Origin: Schmidtea polychroa
Lineage: Eukaryota
Direction: 5' to 3'
NCBI GenBank assembly: GCA_044892525.1
Contig: CM097887.1
Location: 2,542,001 to 2,606,000 of the forward strand
Length of the DNA: 64,000 bases
The notes beneath the pieces are model-generated. The model saw only the letters and a program-made list of their open reading frames with translations, was not told the DNA's origin and made no database searches. Numbering within the stretch: position 1 is the stretch's first letter; each line of letters opens with the position of its first letter. Positions 1-13,951 of the stretch are shown piece by piece. The translations under genes and the position numbers were made by a program.

Positions 1-17
1 AAGTTGATAAGATTGAA

Positions 18-497
18 ATGGTAAAAAGGATTTCTGCTGTAGAAAAATATATGGATACGAAAATGAAGAAAGCTTTGGGAATCTTTGTTTGGCATATAAA
101 AGAAATCACAAACAAGCGAAACAAGTCTGGCTACTTGTGGAGTGAATATTTCTTTACGAAACCAAATTTCTACAGAATGAGACTTCATTTGTGTGCAAAT
201 GGTTCTGGGGAGGTGAAAGATATCGGCCTGAGCCTTCTTCTGTGCGCATATTCCAGCGTAAATGATGAATTTCTCACATGGCCGTTCTCAAAGGAAGTTA
301 CAATCACATTATTCAATATAAACGACCCTTTCATAAAGTCAACTGTAACTAAGATGTGTTTTTTAAACAAACCAAAAGAAAATTCCTACAGTTATGAATG
401 GAATGATTCCTTTGATTTTGTTTATTCGGATCTGATTTCAGATAATGTTTTCACTGATGAAAGCTTTTTTGTTGAATGCTATGTTAAAGATGAATAA
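18..497 (+). CDS. TRAF-like protein C-terminus (end of coiled coil + MATH/TRAF domain); 5'-partial, frame open to the window edge
   Basis: IFVWHIKE, SEYFFTKPNFYRMRLHLCANGSG, GLSLLL, NDEFLTWPFSKEVTITLFN and FFVEC match MATH-domain motifs of TRAF proteins; upstream in-frame codons (VDKIE) run to the edge of the window. Confidence 0.85.
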   Translation: MVKRISAVEKYMDTKMKKALGIFVWHIKEITNKRNKSGYLWSEYFFTKPNFYRMRLHLCANGSGEVKDIGLSLLLCAYSSVNDEFLTWPFSKEVTITLFNINDPFIKSTVTKMCFLNKPKENSYSYEWNDSFDFVYSDLISDNVFTDESFFVECYVKDE

Positions 498-1549
498 ACG
501 TTTTTTGATTAGTAATAATAATAATTTTTACATTGTAACTTTTATTTCCATTGTCTAACCAATTATATGGAGAGATAATCCTTCATTCAAATGCTTCCAT
601 GGAGATGTATTGGAAGCTGACAACATTTTCATCAGATTAGTATTTTTGAAAATCATATTTTTCGGTTATTGTTTTTCAAGTCGGTTTTCTCTGACTCCTC
701 GTGTTATCATTTAAATAAATGAATCGAAACCCAACACAGAATTAAATTTATTAAGCTTCAATCAAAATTACAATTCGTCACTAAATTTGCAACTTTCTCT
801 CTGAATAAATATCGCTCGCTAAGGTAAACAACCCAAGGCCCAATCACCTTTTCTGGTACGAAGAATAAACTTTAGTTTTAATTACTGGATTTCGTCCTCC
901 GATCGCGGATTGTCTTATTCGTTAAACTTCTCTCTTGTTTCGTCGACCAACTGGCGGCTTGTCTGTTTTTGAGCTCTATTTTTATATTTTTTCTGAAAGG
1001 TCTACGGAATTAGGATTATTGCAATTAATTCTCTCCATGGAATCTTAGGTAAACATTTTGTGGCTCAGACTTCCCATTACGGATTAATTAATTTGTTTTT
1101 TCGTTATAACTTTCCCCCTGAACCCCTCATTAAATTTCCATTATAATTTCTGAATTGTTTTTTTCAATTTAGCGTTCAACCATACTTGTTTTCTCGATCA
1201 ATATTGACTTTTAATTTTTGGTAAATTTTATTTAATTTTGTACTTTTATTGATTTTTCCAAATATATAAAAGGAATAGTGAAAATTCGAAACTAAGAAAT
1301 CATCGAAGTAAAATTTGAAAAACAATTTCGATGATTTGATTCTTTTCGTTGTATTTATATTGGAAATGACCACTTTTTTACAATAGTTACACATCACGTG
1401 TAAAAATAATATTATTTAATATTATTTATTATTATTATTTATTATCACATATTATATTATTACTGCTTCTCTCGTTTCACATCATCATATTTTATAATTT
1501 TTTATTCTTCTACGCATTTTCTATAAAAATGTTTTCAGATCTTCTTCAT

Positions 1550-2300
1550 TTAAATTATGACACATGCTATTGACGTGCTATTCTTGATTGATTCATTGTT
1601 GTTCAATACTTTATTCACAATCGTTGGCGCGATATTCAATCCAAATCCCATTCTCGTAAGAGCATATCTCTTCCCATTAACCATACAAGATTGATATCGC
1701 CACATGCTTTCATCCAAGTGTATTTGCATATATGCATCAGATAAATCTAACATTGCAAATTCTTTACTTAAACATATCCATGATCGTAATTTTCAGAACA
1801 GATATCTGTATTCCCATTATATACATCAATATATTTATTGACACTTCTAAAGTCAAATACTGGACACACTTTCGCTTTATTTAACTGAATTATACCATAA
1901 ATAGGTATTGATCCGATCGGTTTGCCCATTGCTTTCTCGTCGTAATCAACTAGATAGCTGTTAGATATCCAAGAATTCAAGACACACATCATCTCCTGAT
2001 CTTTTATCATAAACAATTATCATAAAAGTTTGAATTTCTATTAGGTAGAAATTTCGGTGGCTCTGACTTCCAATTTCATTTGACAATCCATTTCTCGTTT
2101 TCGAATCTCGCAGAGAAATTTTCCTTCAATATTTCTGACGTACTACTACTAGAGCACGCTACGTGACAAGGTGTTTCTTCGCAACCGAACAAGGCTTCTT
2201 TATTCACTCGAACTTTACCAAACCTATTAATAGCATTCACTCCTAAAACCAGAATTAAATGGTTAAAAGTAATGAAAATTGAAATAAAATTAGCTAACAT
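1550..2300 (-). pseudogene. Degenerate reverse transcriptase remnant of an LTR retrotransposon (Ty3/gypsy-like)
   Basis: Fragmented ORFs with RT motifs KVCPVFDFRSVNK and LDLSDAYMQI...YALTRMGFGLNIAP; several frameshifts. Confidence 0.65.
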
Positions 2301-4498
2301 TATTTAAATTATGAAATTTACAAAATTAAATTTTTGAAATTAATGAAAATTAAATAAATTGATTAATTAAATTAAATTAATTAAATTAAAAATTTTACAC
2401 GACCTCATATATGTGATATAATTTATAATTCAACTGTACTGTATTCTGATTGTATCCAGTGACAGAGAATGCATGTTAGTTCAGTCAAAATCAGTATAAA
2501 TACTGATTGCAAATTCAGTTGGATATACATTATTTCAGACAGTAAACATATGCTCTCAGTTTTTGGTTTATGCCATCGTGGTAAGCTTGAATCGGATTTG
2601 TTAATTTTATGTAATGTTTTAAGTTAATAAACCTTTATGTTCAATTTAGTTCTAGTTATTTTTTATTGTTCTTTTTAATTGTTTATTTCTCGTTTAAAGT
2701 TTGATGTTTTGAGTAATAATTTTTATTAGGTTTGATTTTATGTTTTGAATGGTACTTACAGTTGAGTTGAGACCCAGTAGGCCACGGTTTGAGGGACCTT
2801 TATGGTTGCTCTTACTAGTAGGTCGGCTGTGTTTTCAGATTCACACGAATCGATCGGGCCAGAAAGTAGGGGCTTCTCCACGGATCCTTTGCCGTAAGTA
2901 TTTATAGTGGAACATAGGTTAGAATTAGAAATATAGGTAGATCCCCGCTAGAATTTTCGAAGGATAATTTGAATACTGTAGGGAGTATAGAACAACTTTT
3001 ATTAACTGGAAAATAAGGGCGGATCCCTGCGCAAAATCTTTGAGGATGACATTAGAAAACATCCGGAAATGAGGACCATAGTTAAATGAAAACATGACAA
3101 TAATTTAACAATAGAATAGATAATTAATAAGGACGTAAGACTTTCTATCGCCAGTCCAGAACCCGAAAATGAAAATATCATGAGGAGTAGTTTTAGCAAT
3201 AGAGTTCATGTGATCATGGATTTTCAGCCATTGTGCACAACACCAACATGGTCATCGTCATGGGTACACAAATGGTATAAGCACAATAGTCACGAAGGCG
3301 TTTAGGAAGGAGTCGATTCAACATCTATAAGTACCTCTAATCTCTTTAAAAATAAAATAACACATCCCTAGCGCCAACAGTATTTGCAATTTATTGTACG
3401 CAGACGAAGTGTTTTATATTGTTTATTTGTTATTTTTAATAAATATTACTAATTAAAATTTATGTTTTTGGATTATGAAAAAATAACCGGTCCTTGATAC
3501 AAAAATAGTTCGAGAAGCACTGATCTACCTTACAAGTTATATTTTCATATTTTTCTAATTAAACTTTAACTATTTAGCTTATTCTAACCTTAAATTATTT
3601 ATAATATATTTTATTATATATTTTTTATTTATTAAATATTTAAAATATTTCTTAAACAAAAACTTTATCTTTTAAAGAATTCTATTAAAAGAATAAATTT
3701 TTAAACAAATATATCTGAAAATATCATAATTATTGCTTGTTTTAATATTTATAAAACATGGAAGAAGTTTAATTCTTTCTTTGTAATGATATTTTATATG
3801 TATATTCTTTTCTTATTATTTTCCAAATAATTTGAAAGTATTATTAAGTTAATTATGATTCGGTTTAAACCAGCAATCTTTCTGATTTCGAAGTGCACTT
3901 TTAATATCCATTTCAGATATTACAGATGATTCCACAAAGAGGACGCATAACTTGTAAGATAGAAATAATTTTTATTTCATTTAATAATATGAACATCTAT
4001 ATATTTAAATGAATATTGTTTTAAATATTTCGTTGCAATTATAACATTAATTTCACAAAAATATTAACTTCTATCTGAAATTTTATTGTCAATACTAAAT
4101 GTTAATGACAATATTAATATAATATTTTTTATCAGTTCTCGTTTGCATAAACAGTAATATATTCGATTAACACCATTATTTAAATTTATTAAAAGAATAA
4201 AAAATATAACGAAATGAAAATTAATTTAGTTAATAATTGATTAGTAAGTTAATCAAAATGTATCATTTTCAACCACAAATCGCACTGATTGATTTATAAA
4301 TTTTTTAAATATTAATATTTCATTTATTTAAAGAGAATACAATTACGCTGCCGCATAATTTGCTCGGAATCGATGTTAATTTAGTAAAAATATATAATTA
4401 TTTTTCAATATTTACTCATGTAATCAAAACGTTTTCTAAGCTGAATTGGTGACGGTTAAATCTATTCATATTCTGCTGTTTCCAGCATAACTCAGAAT

Positions 4499-4856
4499 TA
4501 GGGTTGTTAATATCGGTTTTTCGAGCAATCCGATTATCGTTTGTATAAATCCGATTTTAAACCGATTATCGTTTGCACTTTGCATAACCAAAGCTACTTA
4601 CATTATTACTATTCACGCACGTGTATAGTATAATTAGTTTTATTCAAAGTTTATACCACACACAAGGAGAATATGAACTGACTGTTTATGTAAAAAGTTA
4701 AAGCATATAAGTAAATTTGTTTTCAATTTCTTCGGTAATTTTCCCTGTATATAGTATATACCGAAACAAAACCGATTATCGTTTTGTGAAATAAAGAAAC
4801 CGATAATCGTTTTCAAAATCGAAAATCGGATTTCCGATTTTCGTTTAACAACCCTA
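4499..4856. mobile_element. hAT-type MITE
   Basis: TIR TAGGGTTGTTAA/TTAACAACCCTA; 8-bp flanks CTCAGAAT / CTTAGAAT (1 mismatch); internal ccgattatcgtt subterminal repeats. Confidence 0.8.
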
Positions 4857-5042
4857 CTTAGAATACAATGAATTTAACCATATGATAGCTATGGTAACAT
4901 TATAATTAAGTTAAGGATGGCTATTTAAATTAAAGCGTAACACTTGTCGCTGATTTTTCCCATTCCTAAACAATTACTCTGGTTATTAATGCGCTGTTTG
5001 GCTACTTATATACACTTATGATTCTTTAGGAGTACATTTTTA

Positions 5043-5960
5043 TTAGCTTTCTACTTCTATATTACATTTAATTTCTTTGTAGTTTTCGATTTTTATTGTT
5101 TTTCTTTTTACATTTTCCTCCATCTTTCTTTTGTACGAATGTCTCCTCCTGCCCACATATCCTTTATCGCTATCATTCGCTGTTATTAGGTGTACGGCTA
5201 TCGGCCCGCATGGTATGTAGTACCTTGGTAGTTGTGTCCTCAATTCATGGGCTTCGTCCTTGAAAGCCCTTGTAATATTTAGTTCCTCTTCTATGAGGTG
5301 AGTGAGGTATCGACTTTCCTCATTTCTTTTTTCACTTCTTTCACTTTCTCGTCGCTTCTCCACTTTTATAGCTCTTTTTCTAAGTTCTTGATGTTCTCAT
5401 CGTGCATCTTTCGTTCGTTCTTCAACTTTTTTCTTTTCCCAGCCAATTGCTCTTCTATACTCATAATTATCTCTTTCTGCTTCCTCCACTTTTTAGTGAG
5501 TTCGGATATCTGTCTTACTAGTTGCGCCACCATATCATCCATGGACGATTCTCTTGATCTTTTTACGTCAATTTTATCGATAGGTACCTTTCATATTCCA
5601 CGGCCTTGGTCTGCCATGTTTGGCTTGCTTCTATTCTCCTAATCCTTATAAATCTTTTTGGTTTATCAAATCTTCCCATTCATCGCTTTCCTTGGTTAAT
5701 TCTTGCATTTGTTCCTTGAGCCCATTTCCTTGCTTGTCGCAGTATTTCCGCCTTTTTCACTGTTTCTGTTATTGGCTGATCCATTTTCTTTCTTTTGTTT
5801 CCGTTAGCAGTTCTTTGAGATATCTACTATGGGTTTCGTGTCTTGAATTCTCCTTGATGTCCATTTCGCGCCTGCCTCTAATTTCAAATTATGAATTAGC
5901 TCCTGGAAGTGGTAACTCTCCTACTTCCTATTTTCCCCTATCTCTCCTCTCATTTTGTTC
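5043..5960 (-). other. Degenerate Glu/Lys/Arg-rich (coiled-coil-like) reading frame, probably TE-derived
   Basis: Purine-rich minus strand with interrupted charged ORF pieces (MEKRRESERSEKRNEE...); no diagnostic motif. Confidence 0.25.
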
Positions 5961-6785
5961 ATGAATCGGTGAGTCACTTTCTCACATTGTCTCTTGACTT
6001 TATCGGCTATCGGAATTCGAACATTTTTCCCTTCGTTCTTGCGTCGTTTCTACAATATTTACAAAGAGTCAATTTTTTCTGACTGAATTTTTTTAATCCT
6101 ATACCTGTACAGATATTGGTATTATTGATTTTACGCATTATTTTATCGTTGTTTATCGCGGTCGGTTCTCTACTTTTATTACATACCATTTTGATTTGGG
6201 TGTATACACCGATATATACAATTATTTATATACAATTAGTCCTATTCTTATCACTCTGTTCTGTCAATACCATCTCTTTTCAATGTTATCTTGAGATATA
6301 CTGTGTCGTCTTTCATTATTTTTTCGTATTTCTCTTGCGTTATGAATTGTGGTGCCCCTGTTCCTGGTCCCTCCTGTCATACTGGTCATTTATAACACAG
6401 GCTATGGCTGCCCGTCTTGAAACACTCCTCATGCATCGTTTTATTGTCTAGTATGGCTAATGATATTCTAGCCCTGAATGTCCATTATAATAATTCGTCG
6501 TTTTCTCCTTTACATGATATGAAAAATACGGATAAATGTGTGTTCCCTTACCCGTTCCATCCCCATCTGGGTATATTTTTAGCTTCATCTAGAACGATGG
6601 ACTAGTTATAGCTATTTGTATTCCGTCCTTGGCTTGCTGCCTTTTACGTTTTACATTCCTGCTGTATATGACAAATAATAAACGAAATTCAAAATGCCCT
6701 GATAACTGGAAAACCTTTCGTGCAGGACTCATATTAAAACATTATTGCTACAAAAGAACATGTATGAAGGTGTTGAAACATATTA

Positions 6786-8178
6786 CAGGGTTTCCAAAAA
6801 AGTTTCATCCTTTTCCAGAAAAGTTTCATCCTTCTCCAAAAAAGTTTCATCCTTTTCCAAAAAAGTTTCATCCTTTTTTAAAAACGTTTCATCGACAAAT
6901 ATTAAAATAAATTAAAAAGGAAGTACACGATTAAGGTAATTATTTAAAAATCTTCATCAGCAAAAGCTTTCCCAATAAACGAAAGCATGTTAGAAAAGTA
7001 GCCTTCGCAATCCTCTTCCGTAATTAAACTGCTTGCTGATCGAATCGCATCCAAAAGCTGTTCTTTGGTATCACAGTTTGCATCTTTGATCAGACCTTTG
7101 CACTTCGAGAATAAATTCTCAATTGGATTTAGTTGCGGGCTATAAGACGGCAAGAATAATACACTATGCCCTTCGCTATTGATCAATTCTCTTATGGCTA
7201 TCATTTTGTGGAAAGGAACATTATCCATCACAAAACACCGGTTCGTAATTCCTTCAGATCTCAACTTCTCACACAAGTTAGCAATAAATAGTCCAAATTT
7301 TTAACCGTTGTAAGCTGAAAAAATGTATTCGAAAAAATAAATACCATTCTGAGTGATTGCGGCGGATATTGAAATATTTTGGCTTCTGATAGCTCTGACA
7401 ATTTTTCTTGGGGAAGTTCCCCTCAAACTTCTACCATAAGATCGGCGTAAGCTGCAGCATATTCCACATTCATCCAAAAATATGAAACTCTCATGCGATA
7501 TTTGGGTAAAATCACACGCGTATTGAAAACGTTTTGCTTTATTCTCAGTCGTATTTCGTGCCATAGGAACCAATGTAACTCTCTTAAAGCTATAATGGAA
7601 AGCTTCAATTGCGTTGGATATTGTACTTTTTGATAACGAAACATTGAATTTTTCTAGTATTTTGGATTTCAAGGTGTTTAAAGTTATTGAAACTTCCTCG
7701 TTGATTTCGTTTTTTATAAAATCAACCTGCTCCGGCGTTATTTTCTTCTTTCTCCCGCATTTTTTGATTGCGGATTTTATTCTTCCAGTTTCTTTATATA
7801 TTTTAATGACTGCTGTAACCGTTTTAACATTCAATTCCAACTCTTCGGCAATTTTAACAATCGGTTTTAAGGTATTGTATTTGCCGCATATAAGTTCTCT
7901 GAGATGGTCAGTGAGTCTTGTTCTTGGTGCCATTGGGGCTTAAATATGCTTTATTATATCCTCAAAAATGGCGGGAAATTTAAAGAATTCATAAAATAAC
8001 ATTGATTTTATCTTTGGTTTTTCATTAATATTAATATTTCTACATTTGAGGTTGAAATTTTGTGGAAAAATATGAAACTTTTTTGGGAAAGGATGAAACT
8101 TTTTTGAAAAAGGATGAAACTTTTCTGGAAAAGGATGAAACTTTTTTGGAAAAGGATGAAACTTTTTTGGAAACCCTA
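6786..8178 (-). mobile_element. Tc1/mariner (DD34E) DNA transposon
   Basis: TA flanks at 6784-6785 and 8179-8180; ends CAGGGTTTCC / GGAAACCCTA; TIRs built from 4-5 tandem copies of a ~21-bp aaaagtttcatcctt unit. Confidence 0.9.
6944..7933 (-). pseudogene. Tc1-like DD34E transposase with one in-frame stop
   Basis: N-terminal HTH, FLDECG, MDNVPFH...(34 aa)...PSYSPQLNPIE; ORFs 7301-7933 and 6944-7276 are in the same frame, separated by one TAA (YNG*KFGLF). Confidence 0.9.
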
Positions 8179-8398
8179 TATGAATATGAAAGGAAACTAT
8201 CGGATAAAGTTAAAATCACATAAGCAGTGACGCAAGAATGCCGGCTTTCTATGACACTCTTCTGCATTACGATTGATTGGTCAATCCCGAGGTTAATTAT
8301 GTATCGCGTCTGTGTGCATTGTTTATTGATTGTAATTGGGTGTTGGGGTTAAGGTTTATTTATTTGAGTTTTGGGACTTTGATTAGAAGTTTGTTTAA

Positions 8399-8637
8399 CA
8401 CGTTCACACCGACGCCGATTTAAATGCTGCACAGTGTATGTTATTGAACAAAAGTTAAGTTTATAATACGTTATTGATTATAATCGTAATTAAAAATAAA
8501 TGTTTTTGATGAATATATGTAAAATTTTCTAATAACACGTCTAATATAATACCTTCAAATACGTCCTACCGGTGGTACGCGCCGCCCGATGGGGCAGGTT
8601 ACTGCGGGCCACCGGTGATCCGGTCGGCGTGAACGTG
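8399..8637. mobile_element. piggyBac-derived MITE (239 bp)
   Basis: TTAA at 8395-8398 and 8638-8641; 15-bp TIR CACGTTCACACCGAC / GTCGGCGTGAACGTG (1 mismatch). Confidence 0.8.
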
Positions 8638-9362
8638 TTAAAAAAGTTTAATATCGCAGATTTTTTAAATAAAATAAAGATTTTTGAAACCTTTCGTTTT
8701 CATTTTCGTTTTCATTACAAAATGGTTTAACTCAAAGAATGAATATGAATCCATAAGTGTTGGTAATGATAGGTGGTAGCTCTAAGGATATCTTTGTTCA
8801 TTTTATATCTATCGCATTTGACAAAGCAATTTGAATAACTGAACGAGTTCTTTTCAATATTCCCAAAGCTGGCAGAATCCATGACTTAAATTATGTAGGA
8901 GACATTTAATGCACCAATTATTTATGTTGCAATTCAAGCAGCTCTTTGTACGCTTCAGATCCTTCCTCAGATATCGTTCTGGACTCTAGTTATCCTATAT
9001 CACACACTATGGAAATTTATGAAACCTTATCAAGTAGTTCGACAATGTATCCTGGTGTTGCTGTTTGATTTCACTAAAACTATTGATCTTTTGCTAAAAA
9101 TAAAAGTCCCATAAACTAGTATTAAAATTTTGAAGATTGCTTTCTAAAATTTTACTATTATTGAAATGATTTTAAATTTATTTATTTTTCAGCTTAGCAT
9201 CTGTTATTGCTAAAATCTATTGCTATATAATTTATTTATTCTAAATTAGAGATCAATAAATAGATAATTAAAATTATAATATAAATCATCAAATTTATAA
9301 AATATTGTCAGTTTTAAATATTTGTTGACAGATATGAAATATTTCACAAGCTACTAAACAAT

Positions 9363-9647
9363 NNNNNNNNNNNNNNNNNNNNNNNNNNNNNNNNNNNNNN
9401 NNNNNNNNNNNNNNNNNNNNNNNNNNNNNNNNNNNNNNNNNNNNNNNNNNNNNNNNNNNNNNNNNNNNNNNNNNNNNNNNNNNNNNNNNNNNNNNNNNNN
9501 NNNNNNNNNNNNNNNNNNNNNNNNNNNNNNNNNNNNNNNNNNNNNNNNNNNNNNNNNNNNNNNNNNNNNNNNNNNNNNNNNNNNNNNNNNNNNNNNNNNN
9601 NNNNNNNNNNNNNNNNNNNNNNNNNNNNNNNNNNNNNNNNNNNNNNN
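9363..9647. other. Assembly gap (N run)
   Basis: Run of n. Confidence 1.
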
Positions 9648-11722
9648 TCTCTTTAAACCCTAATTTGGTCATTTAGTTATTTGAATTCAATTCAATAATT
9701 ATTTCATAGAGACTTAATTTATTATTGAGACAAACTCATTAATTATGGGGACGAAAATAGTTATTTAAACAATCAATTTCAAAAACACTTTATTACCATT
9801 TAGTAATATTAATTAATAGCCATTATATATTATTTATCTTTACCATTATAAGCTTCAATTTACGCTACGTAAACTCTTTTAAGGAGTATCCGATTTCAAC
9901 ATAATTATTTATGATCGGAAATAGTCGGTGAGCTAACGATGCTCTTTGTAAACTTTAATTTGCAAAAAGTTCGATGACTGATAATGATAGTTGAATCTTT
10001 CTAGTATCAATCACTCCAAATAGTCAGAGTATTGTCATTTCCGGTAAGCTGTACCCTCTGTATGGGCTCAGCTTTATATCATGTACCGTTTTATAATATA
10101 TATAGTCCTCCATAAGCTGAGGCTCATAACTAATTAACTAATTAATATAGAAAATTTGCATTTTAAATTATTATTTTTGCAAAAAATTTCAATTATAATT
10201 TAATTATAAAATAATGTTTTTATAGTTTTTAAATTAATTTAAATCATTTAAATATGATTATAAAAATAAAAAAAATAATACTAAAAATATAAAAATATAT
10301 TTTATAACGTTTATTCATTTCCCAGTAACAATGTTCCAATTTTATCGCTCGAGCTATTATAGAATATAAAATATTTAAAATGTTATCTTTAGCGAAATTC
10401 CTATCATTGATAAGTAATTTCTTTAACATGGAAAAACTCCTCTCTACAGGTATTGAGGTGGGCGGGCAATCAATTAAAGCAATATACCTCGATGGTGAAA
10501 TGTTTTTTTTTCGCTTCCATTAACTCATTCCATTTTTATCTAGGTGTAAATTAATATATATTTTTCAAATCTATGGAGTCATCTTTAAAATCGATATTTC
10601 TTAATGATTTATATCAAGTCTCAATTGTATGTATGCCTATTTCAAATTCATTCAAAACATTTTAATCTCAACGAACTCACTAAACAAACCATTCGATTGA
10701 ACAGTAATTTTCGCATTTTTTACTAGGATTCCACCATCTTCAAATTTTGTATCAATTATATGTTTAACATCAACTAGATTTTCTGAAATATATATTGCAG
10801 CCTTAATCCATCTACTCTATTTGGTAATGATTACACCAGATCTTCCAATTGAATTAAATAAGCTTAATCTAGCATCATTTTTGACAGTGGCCATTTTTTT
10901 ATTAATTTTTTTTATTGATTATACAGGGCGCAGTGTCACTATCATATAGTGCTAAATTATTAATAGACATATTAAGTTTTTCGAGCACATTCATTGTATA
11001 ATAAACTGCTGTTTTAGAGTTTAAACATTGTTCCAATTCAACATACAAGAATATTAAAATATTTCTTCATAATTTCACTCTCATCTGAAATCAAAAATAT
11101 ATCCTTACCCGTTAATATTTTTTTTATTTGGTTGAAAATGTTTGAACTTAATAGAATAGAGGCTTAAATGATTTGTTTAAAGCGATTACGAATTTATTCC
11201 GTATTCATAAACTAAGCACATCACCATACCATCCTCAAACAGATGGTTTAGTTGAAATCTTCAATGGTACACTAATCAGCGTGATTTTGTCGTATTTGAA
11301 TCGTAACTAAAAGGATTAGGATATGGGCTTATAGAATTGCAGTGAACGAAAGCACTGGTGAAACACCTTTTTATTTAATGTATTTGAGGCGAAATAATGT
11401 GCCAATTGATTTGGAATTCCAATCGCAAACCTCTCAATATTTGGATGCTCCAAATTATAAAGTTATTTTGCAAGAACGTTTATAGTCTGCTTGCGGGATT
11501 AAAAATAAAATATTCACAAGAGCGATATAAAGAGATATATGATAATAAGGCGCATGAGCATGGGATAAAATTGGAGACCTGATGTATCTGAATAAGATAG
11601 AGCCAGTAAAGGGACTGTCAACAAAGTTACAAAGACCATTTAAGGGTATGTGATGCAATGGAAACCAATTTGACATTACGTCCAATTAATAATAAAAATG
11701 TAGAAACAATTGTGGTTCATGC

Positions 11723-13951
11723 TATAGTTCCTCTACCGGTAAAAACATTTACCGTTTACCGGTAAATTGCGCATTTTTACATTACGTTTACCGGTAAAAA
11801 TATTTACTAAATTACCGGTAATACGGTTATTGTGCAAAATAAAAAAATATAATTATCCTATAACAATAATTATAAAAACCAGTAAAACTGAATTACTTAA
11901 AGAACTACATGTGCATGTGATTTTGTGATTTTTTATTTAAAATAAATAATATTTCGTAATACATAGAAACAAATTTTTAGAAACAAAAAATCTCGTAAGT
12001 AATATAAGATGCAGGTCCTAGTACTTCTGCCTCTACATTTAAAAAGGATAAAATATTAATATCCAGTTATTTACAGCGTGAAACTTTAGAAGAGATTGTG
12101 TCTAGACTAATTGCTTTAGATGGTTTCTCTTATTATGGCGTCACAAATTCGTCTTTCATTCGGCAAAGTATAAATAAACTAGGACACAAGCTTCCAAAAA
12201 ATTCAACGGGCACGATGGAATTGGTAAAAGTTTATTACGAAAAAATAAAAATACATGTTGTAGAACAATTACAGTCCAAAATTTCTATTGGGAAACGATT
12301 TTCGCTGTCTGTAGACGAATGGACAAGCATCAAAAATAGAAGATATTGCAATATTATTTTGTATGATGACAAAGAAAATTACAATCTTGGTTTAGCAAGA
12401 ATAACTGGAAAATGTGATGCAAAAAATATTCAGGCAATAATAAGAAACCGATTAAATGAGTTCAACGTAGATTTTGATCATCATATTTTATGTTCAATCA
12501 ACGATGGTGCAGCAGTAATGCAAAAATATAATAGAGAAAGTCCAGTTGAACCGGTATTATGCTTAAACCATGCACTACATTTATCAGTAACCAAGTTTTT
12601 CTACCAAAAATATGTTGATGAAACTGACCAGAGTTCAATTGCAAATGAGAAAGACATTATTTTGGAAGAGGAATATGACAGTGACGCTGACATTGATGAT
12701 GGTGACTCTGCTGAACCAGATAACCATATGATAATTGAAAAGATAAACGAGGCAATTGAAAATGATGAATACAGTCATTCAATTTTTTTCATTCAATTGC
12801 AAGCCTTACGAAGCATCATTAAATATTTTCGATTATCGTCATTAAAAAATGATTTTTTGCAAGAGAAGATAAAAACTGGACTTGGCAAAGAACTGGAATT
12901 AAAAATAGATATAAAGACACGTTGGAATTCCATCGATCCCATGATAGAACGATATTTACAAGTAAAAGAAGTAAAAGAAGCCTTAGAATATTTTAATTCT
13001 CTTCATTTGCTAGCCAGAATAGACAAAAAATATTTGATAAACATTCAAAAAATTTTAGAGCCAGTTCGGATTGCCGCAGAAGCCTTAGCAAGAAATGATG
13101 CTACACTATTTTCCGCGGAAAGTGTAATTGAATTGTTATGTTCAACATTGGAAAAAAATACCGATTCACCAATAACTTCTAACTTCTTAGTTTGTTTGAA
13201 AAGAGAAATTGATAAAAGACGTAATATTAAATTATTGTCTCTTGTACAGTACATGCTTCATCCAAAATATTTAATGAAACGAAATGTTCACTTTGATTAC
13301 TGTTCAAAGTTATCGACAGTGGCATTTGGGAAAAAATAATTGAAAGATTATTCAAATCAGATGAGTCAGCAGAATCAGATTCAGAAGATAATGTCGAGAC
13401 CGACCTTTTAAATACTGACTTGAAATCTCAATTTCAAAAAGCTATTTCTACAGCTATGGTTTCCATTTCCAGTAAACCAGTAGGATTATTATCATCAGTC
13501 CAGAAAGAGTTTTTATTTTTTGAAGTATCCGGGGAAAAAAGTCATAATCTCACACTTTTGTTCGAAGCTCTGCAAACCGCAAAACCAACATCTACAGACA
13601 ATGAAAGAACATTCTCCATAGCGAGCCGAGTTTGCACTAAAATAAGAACTAGGTTATCGGATGAAAATTTGCACATTATCGTTTTCCTTAAATATTTCTT
13701 TTTGAAACAAAATATTAACAAAAATAATGAATAATTAAAATTTTTGTATTTAGTTCTTTTCTTGAATGATTTCTTTTATATAATATGTATGAAATAAACA
13801 TATTGTAATGTTTTTTTTTCAATTAAACCATGATTTTGTTTTAATTTCTGGTAAAATGTTTATTACCGAAATTTACCGGTTTTACCGGTAATACGATTGT
13901 TAATTTACCGTTTACCGGTAAAATAAAACATACGGTAATTGAGGAACAGTA
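11723..13951 (+). mobile_element. hAT DNA transposon (2229 bp)
   Basis: 8-bp TSD GTTCATGC at 11715-11722 and 13952-13959; imperfect TIR TATAGTTCCTC / GAGGAACAGTA; ttaccggtaa subterminal repeats. Confidence 0.9.
12098..13734 (+). pseudogene. hAT transposase with one frameshift
   Basis: SVDEW, INDGA, CLNHALHL (CxxH), DIKTRWNS and the C-terminal dimerisation motif PTSTDNERTFSIA; frameshift in an A-run near 13335. Confidence 0.9.

Noticed and set aside
1176-1397. CNYCKK as a gag zinc knuckle
   Set aside because: Lacks the GH..C half and lies downstream of RT, the wrong position for gag
6790-6890. Repeat arrays at 6.8 and 8.1 kb, and the ORFs over them (KKFHPFP / KKVSSF), as genes or CRISPR
   Set aside because: They are the inverted terminal arrays of the Tc1 element
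9295-9672. ORFs crossing N runs (also 61207-61617)
   Set aside because: Artefacts of assembly gaps
10244-11200. Compact minus-strand frames as Polinton genes
   Set aside because: Virus-like packing but no recognisable motif
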